Shown here one piece after another: positions 14,501-27,900 of a stretch of DNA of 64,000 bases; position 1 is the stretch's first letter; the number at the start of each line of letters is the position of its first letter. A program made the position numbers and the translations under genes. The DNA is taken from contig OX597814.1 of the NCBI GenBank assembly GCA_951406725.2, forward strand, positions 191,146,001-191,210,000, given 5' to 3'. This DNA comes from Octopus vulgaris (taxonomy: Eukaryota). A model generated the notes under the pieces. It had not been told where the DNA came from. It made no database searches and saw nothing but the letters and a program-made list of their open reading frames with translations.

Positions 14501-17500
14501 AGAAGGACCCTGTCAACATCATCATTTAACATTCATTTTCCATGCCGGCATGAGTTGGAGAGTTTGACAGGATCTATTGAGCTGTAGGGCTGTGCTGAAC
14601 TCCAATGTCAGCTTCGGCATGGTTTCTATGGTGAGCTGGCAGAAATAGTAGCACACTGGACGAAATGCTTAGCAGTATTTCGTCTGTCTTTACGTTCTGA
14701 GTTCAAATTCTGCCGAGTTCGACTTTGCCTTTCATCCTTTTGGGGTTGATAAATTAAGTACCAGTTGTGTACAAGAGTCGATCTAATCAACTGGTCCCCT
14801 CACCCAAAATTTCAGGCCTTGTGCCTAGAGTAGAAAAGAATGTATACTGAATGCTATTTTTCATGCCACCAGTTCTTGTGAGGTCTCCAAGTAACTTTTA
14901 AGACAGAAAAAAAGAAAGAGACCACCCCTCCCTGACTAAGTGGTGGGGGAGAGGAATATTTGAGAATTGGAGACTGCCTCAATAAGTTTTTGTCCAACCC
15001 ATGCATTGTGGAAAAACTGACAAAAAAAAATTTACAATTCTTTTTTTATAAGTTTATGGTAATTCAATGCCATACAATCAATTACTTCAGAAGAGTTTCA
15101 ACAAAAACAATAATTTGATCAATGCAAACAAATTTGCATAAATATAACAATGTCAGGAAGATTGTCAAAACATGATTACCAGAGTACTGTGGAGGAACTG
15201 TGTTAATTTGAGATGGGATTGGAGCTGCCATTGGAGGGGCAGCAGGCATTTGTTGATGCTGAACTGGTGGTGGTGGTGGAGGCGGTGGTGGTGGCTGAAG
15301 ACTTTGAGGTTGGGGAGCAGCTGTTTATATGGAAAAAGAAAAGAAAAAAAAGGGTCAACTGTAATAAAATATACATGATGATGATCATCATTTCTTTTAT
15401 TCTTTTCCCATTTACTTTTACATCAATCACATTATTACAATATCTTTGTAACACCTACACCAGTCACAGGCAAACTGTGGCCCATGGGACTTTCGGAATG
15501 GTACACTTAATGAAAAATTGCCTTGAATTATTTTAGTAGAGCAGCTCACCTGATGGTGAGCAATATATCTTATGCAGTGTGCTTCTTGTAAAAGTAGTAA
15601 TTCTTAAAAATAATTTTAGTAATTCCTAAAAAACAAACAAATGAACTAAGTCTGCTGTTTCACCAGGCCATTCTATCAGAGTATCCAGTGATAAAGGAGA
15701 AATATGACTGGCACTCCATCAGTTATGATGATGAGTGCTCCAGTTGACCTGATCAACGAAACAGTCTGCATGTAAAATTAATGTGCAAGTGGCTGAGCAC
15801 TCCACAGACATGCAAACCCAGCGGTGAGCTGGCAGAAACATTAGCACACCGGGCGAAATGCTTAGCGGTATTTTGTCTGCCGCTATGTTCTGAGTTCAAA
15901 TTCCACTGAGGTCGACTTTGCCTTTCATCCTTTCGAGGTCATTTAAATAAGTACCAGTTACACACTGGGGTCGATATAATCGACTTAATTCGTTTGTCCC
16001 CTCTGTGTGTAGCCCCTTGTGGGCAGTAAAGAAATAAGACATGCAAACCCTTAATGTATATCTCAGGGGGATTCAACATGACACAATGTGACAAAGCCGG
16101 CCCTTTGAAATACAGGTACAACTCATTTTTACCAATTGAGTGGACTGGAGCAATGTGAAATAAAGTGTCTTGTTCAAGCACACAGTGTGTCATCAGGAAT
16201 TGAACTCACCATCTTACAATTGTGAGTCAAATACCTTAAACACTAAGAGAAATAAACATAAAAAAGAAACTCTGACATGGTGATATACATTGATACAGTT
16301 TTGGATTTTCCCATTTGTACATCCATTTCTATTTGAAATATCAGTTGTTTATTATCTATTGCTTTAGTTTCTCCTTTAATAAGATAAGCACAGATGTGGT
16401 TGTGTCATTAGGAAGTTTGCTTCTCAACCACATGGTAACAGGTTCAGTCCCCATTGCACAGCACTTTGGGCAAGTGTTTTCGACTATAGCTTTGAGGCTG
16501 AACAAAGCATTGAGAGTGGATTTGATAGATGGAAACTGAAAGAAACCTCTGTGTGTGTGTGTGTGCATAGAAAAAGAATAGCTTGGGCAAAGTTTAGAGA
16601 GATCCTACCTCTGCTGGTGACAAAGGGCCTCTCGCTCAGAGTGAAAAGTAGACTGTATGACGCATTTGTGCAAACAATCATGCTACATGGCAGTGAAACA
16701 TGGGCCGTGACTGCTGAGAACATGTGTAAGCTTGCAAGGAATGAAGCCAGTATGCTCCACTGGATGTGTAATGTCAGTGTGCATACCTTGATTGGAACTA
16801 TAGTATGTAAATGTGTGTGTCTCCTAGTCTTGACATTACATGACAGTTGTAAATGAGTATCACTGTCATCCAAACAGTGTCGTTCATTTCCTATATTATA
16901 TGGAAACATGCTTGGCCATGGAGAAATATTATCCTGCTTGGAAACATGATTATTGGTGACAGGAAGAGCATCCAACCTGCCTTGGCAAAGCCCTCTGATC
17001 CATGCAAGCATGGAAAAAAAAGGAGGACATTAAGACAATGAGGACAATGTTGTATGTAAGTTGGGTTGTGTATTCTCCATTGACTGCAGAACAACATGCA
17101 CCATGAGTATTGGCCGCAAGACAAAGCTTGCCTAGGCTCTGCTTAATATTATGTTAGTCATTTGGTTGTACCTAGATAGTGGAATGACTTCACGTGACAT
17201 CAGTGGGAAAAGCATACCTTAATATAAAATTTTTTGTAGGGGAAAGAATGGGATCTGATAGCATAGCGACAATTCAAACCTAATGTCTCCTATGTACAAA
17301 TGGCAAGGGAAGAGAACTTTTAGTATGTTGAGGCAGTGGCCCTCAAACTTTTGTCTTTCAAATTTTAGCAGACAAACAGATGTTGGCTTTGTCCACTGTT
17401 TATTTTCAAAACTAAATAACCTCTAGAAATATTACAAAATAGTTATGAGTAGCAAATTATTTGACATGATCTGTTATAATATTTCTGATAATCAGCAGGG

Positions 17501-20500
17501 GCAATTTAACAAGTACATGACTGAGGCTAGCATCAGAATGGGACAGTTAAAACTATTGAAAGAAAACGTGGGCAAGTAGAAAGATCTTGATCAGACGTGG
17601 GCACCTCTTTTCGAGAAGTGGGCCACATGAGATACTGCTCATCATCAGGTGGGCTGCAATATTAAAAAAACTTCAAGTTAATTTTTCATTTAGGCATGCC
17701 ACGCACAAAGTCCCATGGGCTGCAGTTTGCCCATGACTATTCTAGATGGATGACATTTGGGGGAAAAGGAGCTTAAAGTAACGGGATTAATAATTCATCT
17801 GGAAAGTTAGATACTAGAGTTGAATTGCGTGACAGTAGGTGGGAGCAGAATCTATTGAAGTAATAGTAGTAATAATAATAGAAAACACAAGGAAAATCTA
17901 GACAGAACTTGAACAAAGCATAAAGTTTGAATTCAAAATTTAAAACAAAAAAGGCTACTAACCTTGATATGGCTGTGAAACAGGAGTGTAGTGTGTCTGG
18001 GGATGCATCATTGGTTGGGTATTTGGAGCATAAGAATGTTGTTGGGGTGCTTGTGGTGCTGCTGCAGGAGGCCAAGCTTCAGCAGGATTAGGCTGGACAT
18101 AACTAGTCTGTTGAAAGAAATCAAAACATCAACATCACCATCAGCATCGTTTAATGTCCATTTTCCATGCTAGCATGGGTTGGACGGTTTGACCGGGGTC
18201 TGGGAAGCCAGAAGGCTGCACCAGGCTCTAGTCCGATCTGGCAGTGTTTCTACAGCTGGATGCCCTTCCTAACGCCAACCACTCTTGTGGTGCTGCTGCA
18301 GGAGGCCAAGCTTCAGCAGGATTAGGCTGGACATAACTAGTCTGTTGAAAGAAATCAAAACATCAACATCATCATCAGCATCGTTTAATGTCCATTTTTC
18401 ATGCTAGCATGGGTTGGACGGTTTGACCGGGGTCTGGGAAGCCAGAAGGCTGCATCAGGCTCTAGTCCGATCTGGCAGTGTTTCTACAGCTGGATGCCCT
18501 TCCTAACGCCAACCACTCTGTGAGTGTAGTGGGTGCTTTTTACATGCCACCAGCCCAGGATCCAGAGGAGGCTGGCAATGGCCACGATTGGTTGGTGCTT
18601 TTTATGTACCACTGGCATGGTAGCCAGTCAAGGTGGCGCTGGCATTGGCTACGTTCAGATGGTGCTTTTTACGTGCCACCAACATGGGTATCGTTATTTC
18701 TTTATTATTTTAGTGCCTACTTTTCCATGCTTGCATGGGTTGGATGGAGTTAACTACTGAGGCAGATTTTTGACAGTCAGATGCCCTTCCTGTCACCAAC
18801 CCACACATTACCAAGAAAGGAAAAATTTCCTCATGGTCAAATATCTTTTTGCAAAATATGGGAAATGAATGACACAGCTTGTATGACAGTGACAATCATT
18901 TACAACTATCAAGTGACATGAAGAGAAGGAGACACAAACACACACACACACCTATACATACAAATTAATCTGAAGTGATGCAACATCCCCTTTTCTTCCT
19001 GGGAAAACAAAGCATCAGAATGCAGGCGGTGAGCTGACAGAAACGTTAGCACACCGGGCGAAATGCTCACTGGTATTTCGTCTTTCGTTACGTTCTGAGT
19101 TCAAATTCCGCCGAGGTTGACTTTGCCTTTCATCTTTTCGGGGTCGATAATTTAAGTACCAGTTACGCACTGGGGTCAATGTAATTGACTTAATCCCTTT
19201 GTCTGTCATTGTTTGTCCCCACTATGTTTAGCCCCTTGTGGGCAATAAAGAAATAAGAATGCAGGACCTGTCACCAATCCTGTTTCTCTTCAATTCAAAG
19301 ATTTGAGCAAAGTTGGCTCCAACATTAAGACCAAATTCGTGCAAGCATGAAGGCATGCTGTCAAAACGCTGCTCTTTTAAATGAAAACTTTACCTGTCAT
19401 TGAGGATTTGTGGCATGAAGCAAAGCAGGCCTTGCAGTCAACTCAAAAAAAAAAAAAAACACATACTGAATGATCCACTCACACTCAAGCAAACTGAGTC
19501 CTCAACTTGTTCCTTTTGCCAAAAAGTTTGCAAGACAGCAGCAGGCCTCAAAAGACACATTTGTGCCCATAGAACATGATTAACACTTTATTTTACTGAA
19601 CCCTCATTTGTTGTTCACAATATATTCCATCATGTACATATATATAGTATAAAGAGGGGATCAATTAACTAGATCAAGGAAAATTAACAGTGAAGCACAT
19701 TGCATATCTTGGGTAGGAAGTTTATTCTCAAAACTCTTAAGCTTATAAGAAAAGCACATACATTAAGTATGTGGACATTGGTAATGTTTTCATTAGTAGA
19801 GCTGTTTCTAATTCAAAATTTAATTTTGTTTTACTTGTGCAGCACTGGAGCACTTCAGCAGATAGATTTTTACACTATTTGCATTTATACCTCAGACCAG
19901 CGATTTGAATTCGTTTTGAGGATGACTCAAGTATATAGTGGTGTTGAGCTGAAATAACAGTGAAAGATCAATATCCACCATTTTCTTACCCCTAAGGAGC
20001 AATTCGTTTCGCCTGGTTTTGAGGCCTTGTGTTTTTTAACACTCGATATTTTAAAGGGATTGACCTTGGATGAAATTCCCCAGCTATTAAGTGTATAGAC
20101 AAAAAACATACATCAAGCATGTGACATCAGTAATATATATATATATATTCATACATAAAGGGCTTCTTTCAGTTTCCATCTACCGAATCTATTCACAAGG
20201 CTTCGCTGAACCCAGAAATTCATCATACAGCCATGTCTGCACCTATGTAGAGGTTCACTTGATAGTTCATGTTATATTAATTATTCTATGATGGGGAAAT
20301 TGTTGCAGCAATCAATCATATATGATGCCATTCTCTCAGCTAATCTTTGGTGGTAAAATCTGTGTGTGTGTGTATGTTAGCAAAATTGAGACAAGCAGAG
20401 TAATGTACCTTGTGCAAACAGTGAAAATGGAACTTTTGCCAATTTCTTCAGTAAATCCTGAACTGTAATCTCGCAAACTACTGGTGCCCCAAAACATGAA

Positions 20501-21032
20501 AACAAAAGCAATTGAAGCTACATAACCAAAGCTGCAACAAGAGCATTTTTCAAACTGAAAAGTAAGAGCAAAATGCATTGGGTAACAAGTGTGAAATACC
20601 TGCTGCGTAACTGGTTGGTAATGTCGATGTCTCTGCTGTGGTTGTTGAAGCATTGGAGTAGATGCAATAGCAGATGATGATGGTATCACAGGAGGCGGTT
20701 GGCTTTCAAGCTTAGCTCCACGGAAATGTGGATTAATGAGTATTTTACGTCCTTGTTGTTGTGAAGGATTACTATTGGTAGGGGCCATCACAACTGATGG
20801 AGGTGCTGCTAAAGGAGCTGATGACGTCATAGACACCGGCTGGGTGTAATGGTGAGGGACTGCAGACTGGGGTTGATTGGTTACTACACTCGGATGCTGC
20901 GGCTGTGGTTGCTGATACATATGGCTTGGATGATGTATTACCTGAGGAGTAGAAGCAGGATTAGGAGATGGAGGGGGATGCTGGGGAACTTGAGGGTGAT
21001 GGTGTTGTTGCTGTGGTATGTGTTGCTGTTGT

Positions 21033-21064
<32 letters not shown>

Positions 21065-24000
21065 ATAGATGTGTTGTGGTGGTGGTGGTTGCTGCTGTTG
21101 TGCTTGGGGCTGTGGCTGCTGCTGTTGCTGTTGTAGGTGAGGTTGATTTGCAGTGTGATGCTGATTGTAACTTCCTCTTCCTGTTATTGTGATGGGGTAG
21201 ACTTCAGTCTCAGCAACAGTTATGTTTGGATTGCTCTGGACTTTATAACCACCAGGTCTCTTGTCAGTCAGATGTGAAGGTGGTTGCATGTTGGAAGCAG
21301 TGGTATTACTTGTCCAAGTATTGTACGTTGCTTGTCTGGCATGCACTCTGTTATCATGCCCTCCGCGGTAACCACGCCTTCCACCACGACGATTTCGCTC
21401 ATTTAAAAATTGATCAATTTGTGCTTGTTGTTCTTCACTTATCTCTGAATTAGTGTGAAAAGAAAATCATTAGATTATTAGAATTTTGATGATTAACGTG
21501 GAATGATTGTGAAAATACATTTATATACGTCTTACAAAGAATCATTAACTAAAATACTCTTACTCTTTACTCTTTTACTTGTTTCAGTCATTTGACTGCG
21601 GCCATGCTGGAGCACCGCCTTTAGTCGAGCAAATCGACCCAAGGACTTATTCTTTGTAAGCCCGGGACTTATTCTTTGTAAGCCCAGTACTTATTCTATC
21701 GGTCTCTTTTTGCCGAACCGCTAAGTGACGGGGACGTAAACACACCAGCATTGGTTGTCAAGCAATGCTAGGGGGAAAAACACAGACACACAAACACACA
21801 CATATATATACATATATATACATATACATATATACGACAGGCTTCTTTCAGTTTCCGTCTTCCAAATCCACTCACAAGGCATTGGTCGGCTTGGGGCTAT
21901 AGCAGAAGACACTTGCCCAAGATGCCACGCAGTGGGACTGAACCCGGAACCATGTGGTTGGTTAGCAAGCTACTTACCACACAGCCACTCCTGCGCCTAA
22001 AATATCTAAGTTAATTATATATTTCTTAAGATTTTAAAATAAAATAAAAAATAGCAAAGGATAAACATGGATGTTTGGATCAAGCCTGAAATCTTACAGA
22101 AGCAAAAACAGAAATTGTAAAGCAAAACGTTTATAATACAACTTAAACACTAGAAATGCTCTATATTATCTACTTTACTGTACCTACCGTTTACAAATTG
22201 GTCACATAAAAGGCAGCCAGTGGCCGCCCGACTGGCACTCGTGCTGGTGGCATGTAAAAAGCAATGTTCAAGTAAGGCCAATGGCAATGCTGTCCGACTC
22301 ACACCCGTGCTGGTGGCAGGTAAAAAGCATCATTCAAGCATAGTTGATGCCAGTGCTACCTGACTGGCACATAAAAAGCACCATTCGAATGTGGTTGATG
22401 CTAGTGCTACCTGACTGGCTCCCATGCTGGTGACACATAAAAAGCACCATTCGAGTGTGTTGATGCCAGTGCTGCCTGACTGGCTCCTGTGCTGGTGACA
22501 TGTAAAAGGCACCATTCGAGTGTGACTGATGCCAGTGCTGCCTGACTGGCATGTAAAAAGCACTATTTGAGTGTGGTCGATGCCAGTGACACCTGACTGG
22601 CTCCTGTGATGGTGGCACATAAAAAGCACCCACTACACTCTCAGAGTGGTTGGTGTTTGGAATGGCATCTAGCTGCAGAAACCTTGTCAGTTCAAACTGG
22701 AGTCTGGTGCAGCCTCCTGGCTTGCCGGTCCTCAGTCAAACCGTCCAACCCATGATGATGAAGGGGATTATAGGAAATTGCAGAGTTTATGTCACCCCCA
22801 CCACCAGACCGTCCACGAAAGAGGCTCAGAATTGGGCATGATTTGTCCTGCCAATTTACAAGTTTAAATGTATAGCATGTCAGTTTTGACAGTGATTGGC
22901 AGTGCATGACTTAATGGTTAAGGTGTTGGATTTGTGATCAGTAAGATTGTGGTTTCAATTCCTGGACTGGGTAATGTGTTGTTCTTGGGCAAAACATTTC
23001 ATTTCACAATGCTCCAGCCCACTTAGTTGGCGAAAATAAGTAACCATGTGACTGACTGTCCAGAAGGAAGTATTTATGCCAGAGAATCTGCGAAAAGGTC
23101 CTACATGTCTATGACTTGAGAAGGAGCTTTATCCCTTTTTTGACAGTATGCCAGATATTCAATCGACTGAACTTGCTACTCAATGGTGGCTGAGTATTCC
23201 ACAGACACTTGTACATGTAACATAATTCTCAGGCAGAACCAGCTTTACAGCTCACGAACATCCAACTGGCTTCTACAATTTCTGCCTACTCAATGTCCAT
23301 CCCAAAACTTGGACTGACTTGACTGTTATGGTAGAAGACACTTGCCCTAGACACCATGCACTGGGATGGAACCCCCAGATCTCATGATCATGTGGCTAAC
23401 ATTTTAACTATTCAAGAAATCTTTTATCTTTCACTTGTTACAGTCATTTGACTGTGGCCATGGTGGGGCACCGTGTTGAAGGGTTCGGTTGAACAAATCA
23501 ACCCCGGTGTTTATTTTTAAGCCTGGTACTTGTCTCACTGATCTCTTTTGCCAAGCCACGAAGTTACAGGGACATAAACAACCCAACAAATCATCAAACA
23601 GTGATGGGGAACAAACAATGGACACACACACACAGAGATAATAGTTTTCCACAAATTCATTCACAAGGCATTAATTAATCTGGGGTTATAGTAGAAGACG
23701 CTTGACTAAGTCGCCACACAATAGGACCGAACCTGAAACCACATGGTTACAAAATGAGCTTCTGAGCCACACAGCCATGCCAGCAGAATTATGATAACCA
23801 ACATAAGTTTGCAGAAAAAAAATTTTTTAAATTACCCAATGTATCTGGAATGTCTGTCCTTGTTTTAGGCTTAGTAGTTGCAATAGAGATAATGTTAGAG
23901 CGTTCGCTGATGAAACGGCCTCGTCCTTTCTCCTCGTCTTCACTCTCACTGCTCTCCTCAAAGCCTTTAATAGTTTTGTCCTGTAACAAACGAAATTTAC

Positions 24001-24567
24001 ATAAAACGTTAACAATATTTTCACATTTGATGGTGCAGTTCAGAAATAATTTTATTTAAATATTTCTTGCTTAAATCTTCTAGTACAGAAAAAAACCACC
24101 CCCAGAATTCCACAGCCCACTTCTACTTTAATAACAAAGCCATAAGTTCAAGTGGCTGTTTCCTCTATTGTTACGTATACCATTTCTACTTGCTCCCAAG
24201 CATATATATATAGGGGGAAAGTAAAAAGAAACAATGAAAATGCAGACTATGTATAAAAGTAATGGCTTTTTTGATATAAAAACCAAGATATATACATACA
24301 AATAAATGATCTGAGGTGGAATTAAGAAGTATAAAAGTCATTATTATGAGTTAACATAGAAAGTCATACCGGTTTCGTCATCGCTGTTCACTGACTTTTG
24401 ATTCAAAGTCAGTGAACAGTGATGATGAAACCAGTATGACTTTCGATATTGAACCATAATACTTTTATACCTAGAGTGCATTTTCTTTATTTCTTTTTAC
24501 TTTACCCCTATTTATACCACATGTAGTCTTTTTTCTTTGAAACCTGTATCCATCACACACACACACA

Positions 24568-24616
<49 letters not shown>

Positions 24617-24953
24617 TCATCATCATCATCGTTTAGCGTCCGTTTTCCATGCTAGCATGGGTTGGACGGTTCTACTGGGGTCTGTGAAGCCAGAAGGCCT
24701 TCATCAGGCCCAGTCAAATCTGGCAGTGTTTCTACGGCTGGATGCCCTTCCTAACGCCAACCACTCCGTGAGTGTAGTGGGTGCTTTTTACGTGCCACCC
24801 GCACAGGTGCCAGACAGAGCTGGCAAACGGCCACGAACGGATGGTGCTTTTTACGTGCCACCGGCACGAGGCCAGTCGGGGCGGTGCTGGCAACGGTCGC
24901 GAAACGGAAGGTTCTCTTACATGCCACCGGCACTGGTAACACATCTGCAATTT

Positions 24954-24998
<45 letters not shown>

Positions 24999-27900
24999 TA
25001 TATGTGTTAAATTCTTCAGTTCTCTCTACAGATGTTGCAGATTCATGACTGGTATTAATTGATTCATTTATTACTTGTTTCATATAAACTATACTAAGTG
25101 ACAGAATGAATTTATATCATAGCATCAACACACACACAAACATATTGCAAGTAGCATTAAAAAGTTATCTAGGAATGATTATGATTATGTTACAAAGAAA
25201 CAACTAAGTAAAAATAGCCACTATATACCTATTTCAGAAAGCATGGGAGAGAACTCTGGACATATTTGGTTTTATAACTATCAGTGAAGCAAAGATTTCA
25301 AAGTACATGACAAGTAAACCGCCCCCCCACCACAATGGTTGCCACTACTTCCAAGCAGTTATGATTTGGTAGCATATGCTGTGCTTTTGCTAATTGTTTA
25401 AGGTGCCTATACAATCGTGAGCAAACAAAGACACACTCTTAGCCCTCAGGTTGTGAAAGACAGGAGATTAGGTTTACATTAGCATTCGGTTGTTACTCAT
25501 TTCAGCTGAGTAGATTGGAATGCCATGAAACAAAGTGCCTTACTCAAGGATACACAGCTGCCCAGTACAGGAATTGAACTTATAACCTGATGATTATGAG
25601 CTCAACACCCTTAACAGTAGGCCACATGGTTGGATTTATTATTAAAGTACTACTGGGGGAATCATTAAGTAAATAAACAATAAGGTACACTGATTGGCAT
25701 GGAACAATAGAATTGTTTGGAGAATAACTCAGAGACTCCATTAGCATATGAAAGACAATAGTTAAGTTAGTATTAACAAGCTTCTTTGCATATTTTAAAC
25801 TTTTTAAGCAAGTACACTACTTATAATTAGAGTAACAGGAAGTTGCAGAACAGTACATTAAACAAACAGAAAACTGTGAATTATCATTTACTGTTTACTT
25901 GTTTCAGTCATTTGACTGTGGCCATCCTGGAGCACCACCTTTAGTCGAACAAATCGATCCCAGGTTCTTTGGAAGCCTAGTACTTATTCTATCGGTCTCT
26001 TTTGCCAAACCGCTAAGTTATGGGGGACGTAAACACACCAGCATCGGTTATCAAGTGATGCTGGGGAGACAAACACAGACACACACACATATATATATAT
26101 ATTTATATACATATATACGACGGGCTTCTTTCAGTTCCCGTCTACCAAATCCACTCACAAAGCTTTGGTCGGCCTGAGGCTTTAGTAGAAGACACTTGCC
26201 CAAGGTGCCATGCAGTGGGACTGAACCCAGAACAATGTGGTTGGTAAGCAACCTACTTACCACACAGCCACTCCTGTTTATTTTTGTATTGAAAGTTTGG
26301 TCAAAGTGGAGCATTTAAGAAATTACAAGTGTTAGAATAGAAAAATAACTACACACATGCATCACTTTCTTTTATTTTAGCTATATTAATTACCTTAATT
26401 TAAAAATCTACATATTCTCTATATAATTATTTAACCCTTTCGATACCAACTCAGCAGAAACTGCCTCTGGCTCTGTAGTACAAATGTCTTGTTTTCATAA
26501 GTTTTGAATTAAAATCTTCCACCAAACCTTAGTCACAATTTATGTTCCCAACACTAGCTTAATGATAACTAAGTTATTTTACTAAATTATTTGTTTAATT
26601 TAAAATTAATTGAAAGAAACACAGAACATTGACCTCCTGGAATCTGTTCAGAGACGTGCAACCAAACGCATACCCTCCATCAGACACCTACCATATTCTG
26701 AGCGCCTTGTTTCCCTGGGCATGGATTCACTGAAGCTCCGGCGTCTGGCGACGGACTTGGTAAACACCCACAAAGTTGTCAACCACCTCACCAATAACAA
26801 CACTGAACACCTTTTTGATCTCCATGTGTCTAACACACGTGGACATGCCTACAAAGTCAGAAAACAACACAGCTCCCATGACTTTCGGAAACATTTCTTC
26901 ACACTCAGAGTTGCTGAAGCATGGAATAAACTGCCTGCATCAGTTGTTGACTGCCATGACACTGCATCCTTTAAGGCCCTCATGCTTTCCGAAATCCGTC
27001 GAAACTACACCTGATTATATATACACTTTCGATGAGTTGTAGTGCACCTGAGCACTGTACACAATGTTTATTATTATTATTATTATATTATTATTATTAT
27101 CTCAACCGAAATATGGTAACAAAAGGGTTAATTCTGTGTCTGAAGAATTTCTAATAAAAAATTCTCCATATGACTATCTAATATGTAAAACTTTGTAATT
27201 ACTATTAGCAAATGAAACACATGTAATGGTGAATAAATAACACCAAAAAATTTTCCAACTTCTTGTTATGTTATTCTCTATTTCATGTGGACTGGTCCAA
27301 AATATCTACTTTTCAAATAGTTGTTCTCCAAAACAAGTAGTTTCAGATACTTCTCAATAAGAAAATATAAACAATTTACTACTAAACAGTATCAAAGATT
27401 AATTGCTAGCAGCGAAAGGTAAAAGTATATAAAAAAAAATACATACCTCGTAGTCTTCTTCTTGGCTTTGGAATGATTCATAATCATTAACAGGATGGCT
27501 ATAGCTTTCAGTACCTAATTCACTGATTGATTGTCCACTGATGTTTGAAGCAGCAAAATGTTCAGCATTTCCATCCTGTGTAGTGAGAAAGAAGTTTCAT
27601 AAGTCACGTCATAATATTCAAGTTCAGATTAATCTATTTACCTCAGGGGCAGGCTGAGCCGTTGGTCAATCAGGCACTGTCCAAGGGCCTGGAGCTCTGA
27701 GGGGCCTGCACTCTACATGCTAACTCTACTAAAACACACATTCAAAGGGGCCCAATAAACAGTTATGCCTGAGAGCCCTTAATACTCTCAGTCTACCCCT
27801 GATTTATCTCAATAGCTAAGAACAGTTTAGAGCAATGCTTCACAACCATTTTTAGCCTAGGGACCTCTTTGATTATTATATTATTCTGGTGGGTCCCCAT

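Noticed and set aside
20849-21453. Plus-strand hydrophobic ORFs (20849-21136, 20968-21192, 21226-21453; also 15172-15536 and 5161-5400)
   Set aside because: They are antisense shadows of the CAG/CAA/CCA-rich RBM33-like exons.
22200-22640. CRISPR-like repeat/spacer appearance of the GGCACRTAAAAAGCACC arrays (also 59400-59730 and 41860-42085)
   Set aside because: The intervening segments are homologous to one another rather than unique spacers. There are no cas genes, the context is eukaryotic, and the arrays are contiguous with an RTE ORF end and a (GAT)n tail.
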